64,000 nt of DNA from NCBI GenBank assembly GCA_951406725.2, contig OX597814.1, positions 104,036,001-104,100,000 on the forward strand, written 5' to 3'. The number at the start of each line of letters is the position of its first letter. Position 1 is the first letter of the stretch. Under the pieces are notes generated by a model. The model had not been told where the DNA came from, did no database searches, and saw only the letters and a program-made list of their open reading frames with translations. Positions 63,765-64,000 of the stretch are shown piece by piece. Made by a program: the position numbers and the translations under genes. This DNA comes from Octopus vulgaris. Lineage: Eukaryota.

Positions 63765-64000
63765 AGGCATAGGAGTGGCTGTGTGGTAAGTAGCTTGCTT
63801 ACGAACTACATGGTTCTGGGTTCAGTCCCACTGCACGGCACCTTGGGCAAGTGTCTTCTGCTATAGCCTAGGGCCGACCAAAGCCTTGTGAGTGGATTTG
63901 GTAGACGGAAACTGAAAGAAGCCCGTTGTATATATGTATATATATGTATGTGTGTGTATGTTTGTGTGTCTGTGTTTGTGCCCCCAACATCGCTTGACAA
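63765..64000 (+). mobile_element. SINE family A (runs off window end)
   Basis: Intact head, internal microsatellite, start of body. Confidence 0.9.

Overview
Repeat-dominated, AT-rich eukaryotic (intronic or intergenic) DNA. The microsatellite load and SINE/LINE repertoire suggest a coleoid cephalopod, probably Octopus (inference from recalled repeat families, not a database result). No host protein-coding gene can be called with confidence; nearly all ORFs in the track are microsatellite or transposon artefacts. Identifiable content: an abundant RTE-clade LINE with many orphan 3'UTR copies; three tRNA-derived SINE families; a young 5'-truncated CR1-type LINE; R4/Dong and other LINE relics; a solo LTR; Tc1/mariner, hAT, piggyBac-like and Helitron relics; and two Penelope-like (GIY-YIG) elements with inverted pseudo-LTRs. 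Most notable signals: (1) about eleven hammerhead-ribozyme motifs, one with an intact core at 34255-34347, and several fold-back palindromes that turn inside hammerhead stems; (2) a U6 snRNA retrocopy fused to a SINE head; (3) a Naiad-like Penelope element with an in-frame TGA at a conserved Cys and a long insertion between its GIY and YIG motifs; (4) long palindromes and palindromic transcription-factor modules.
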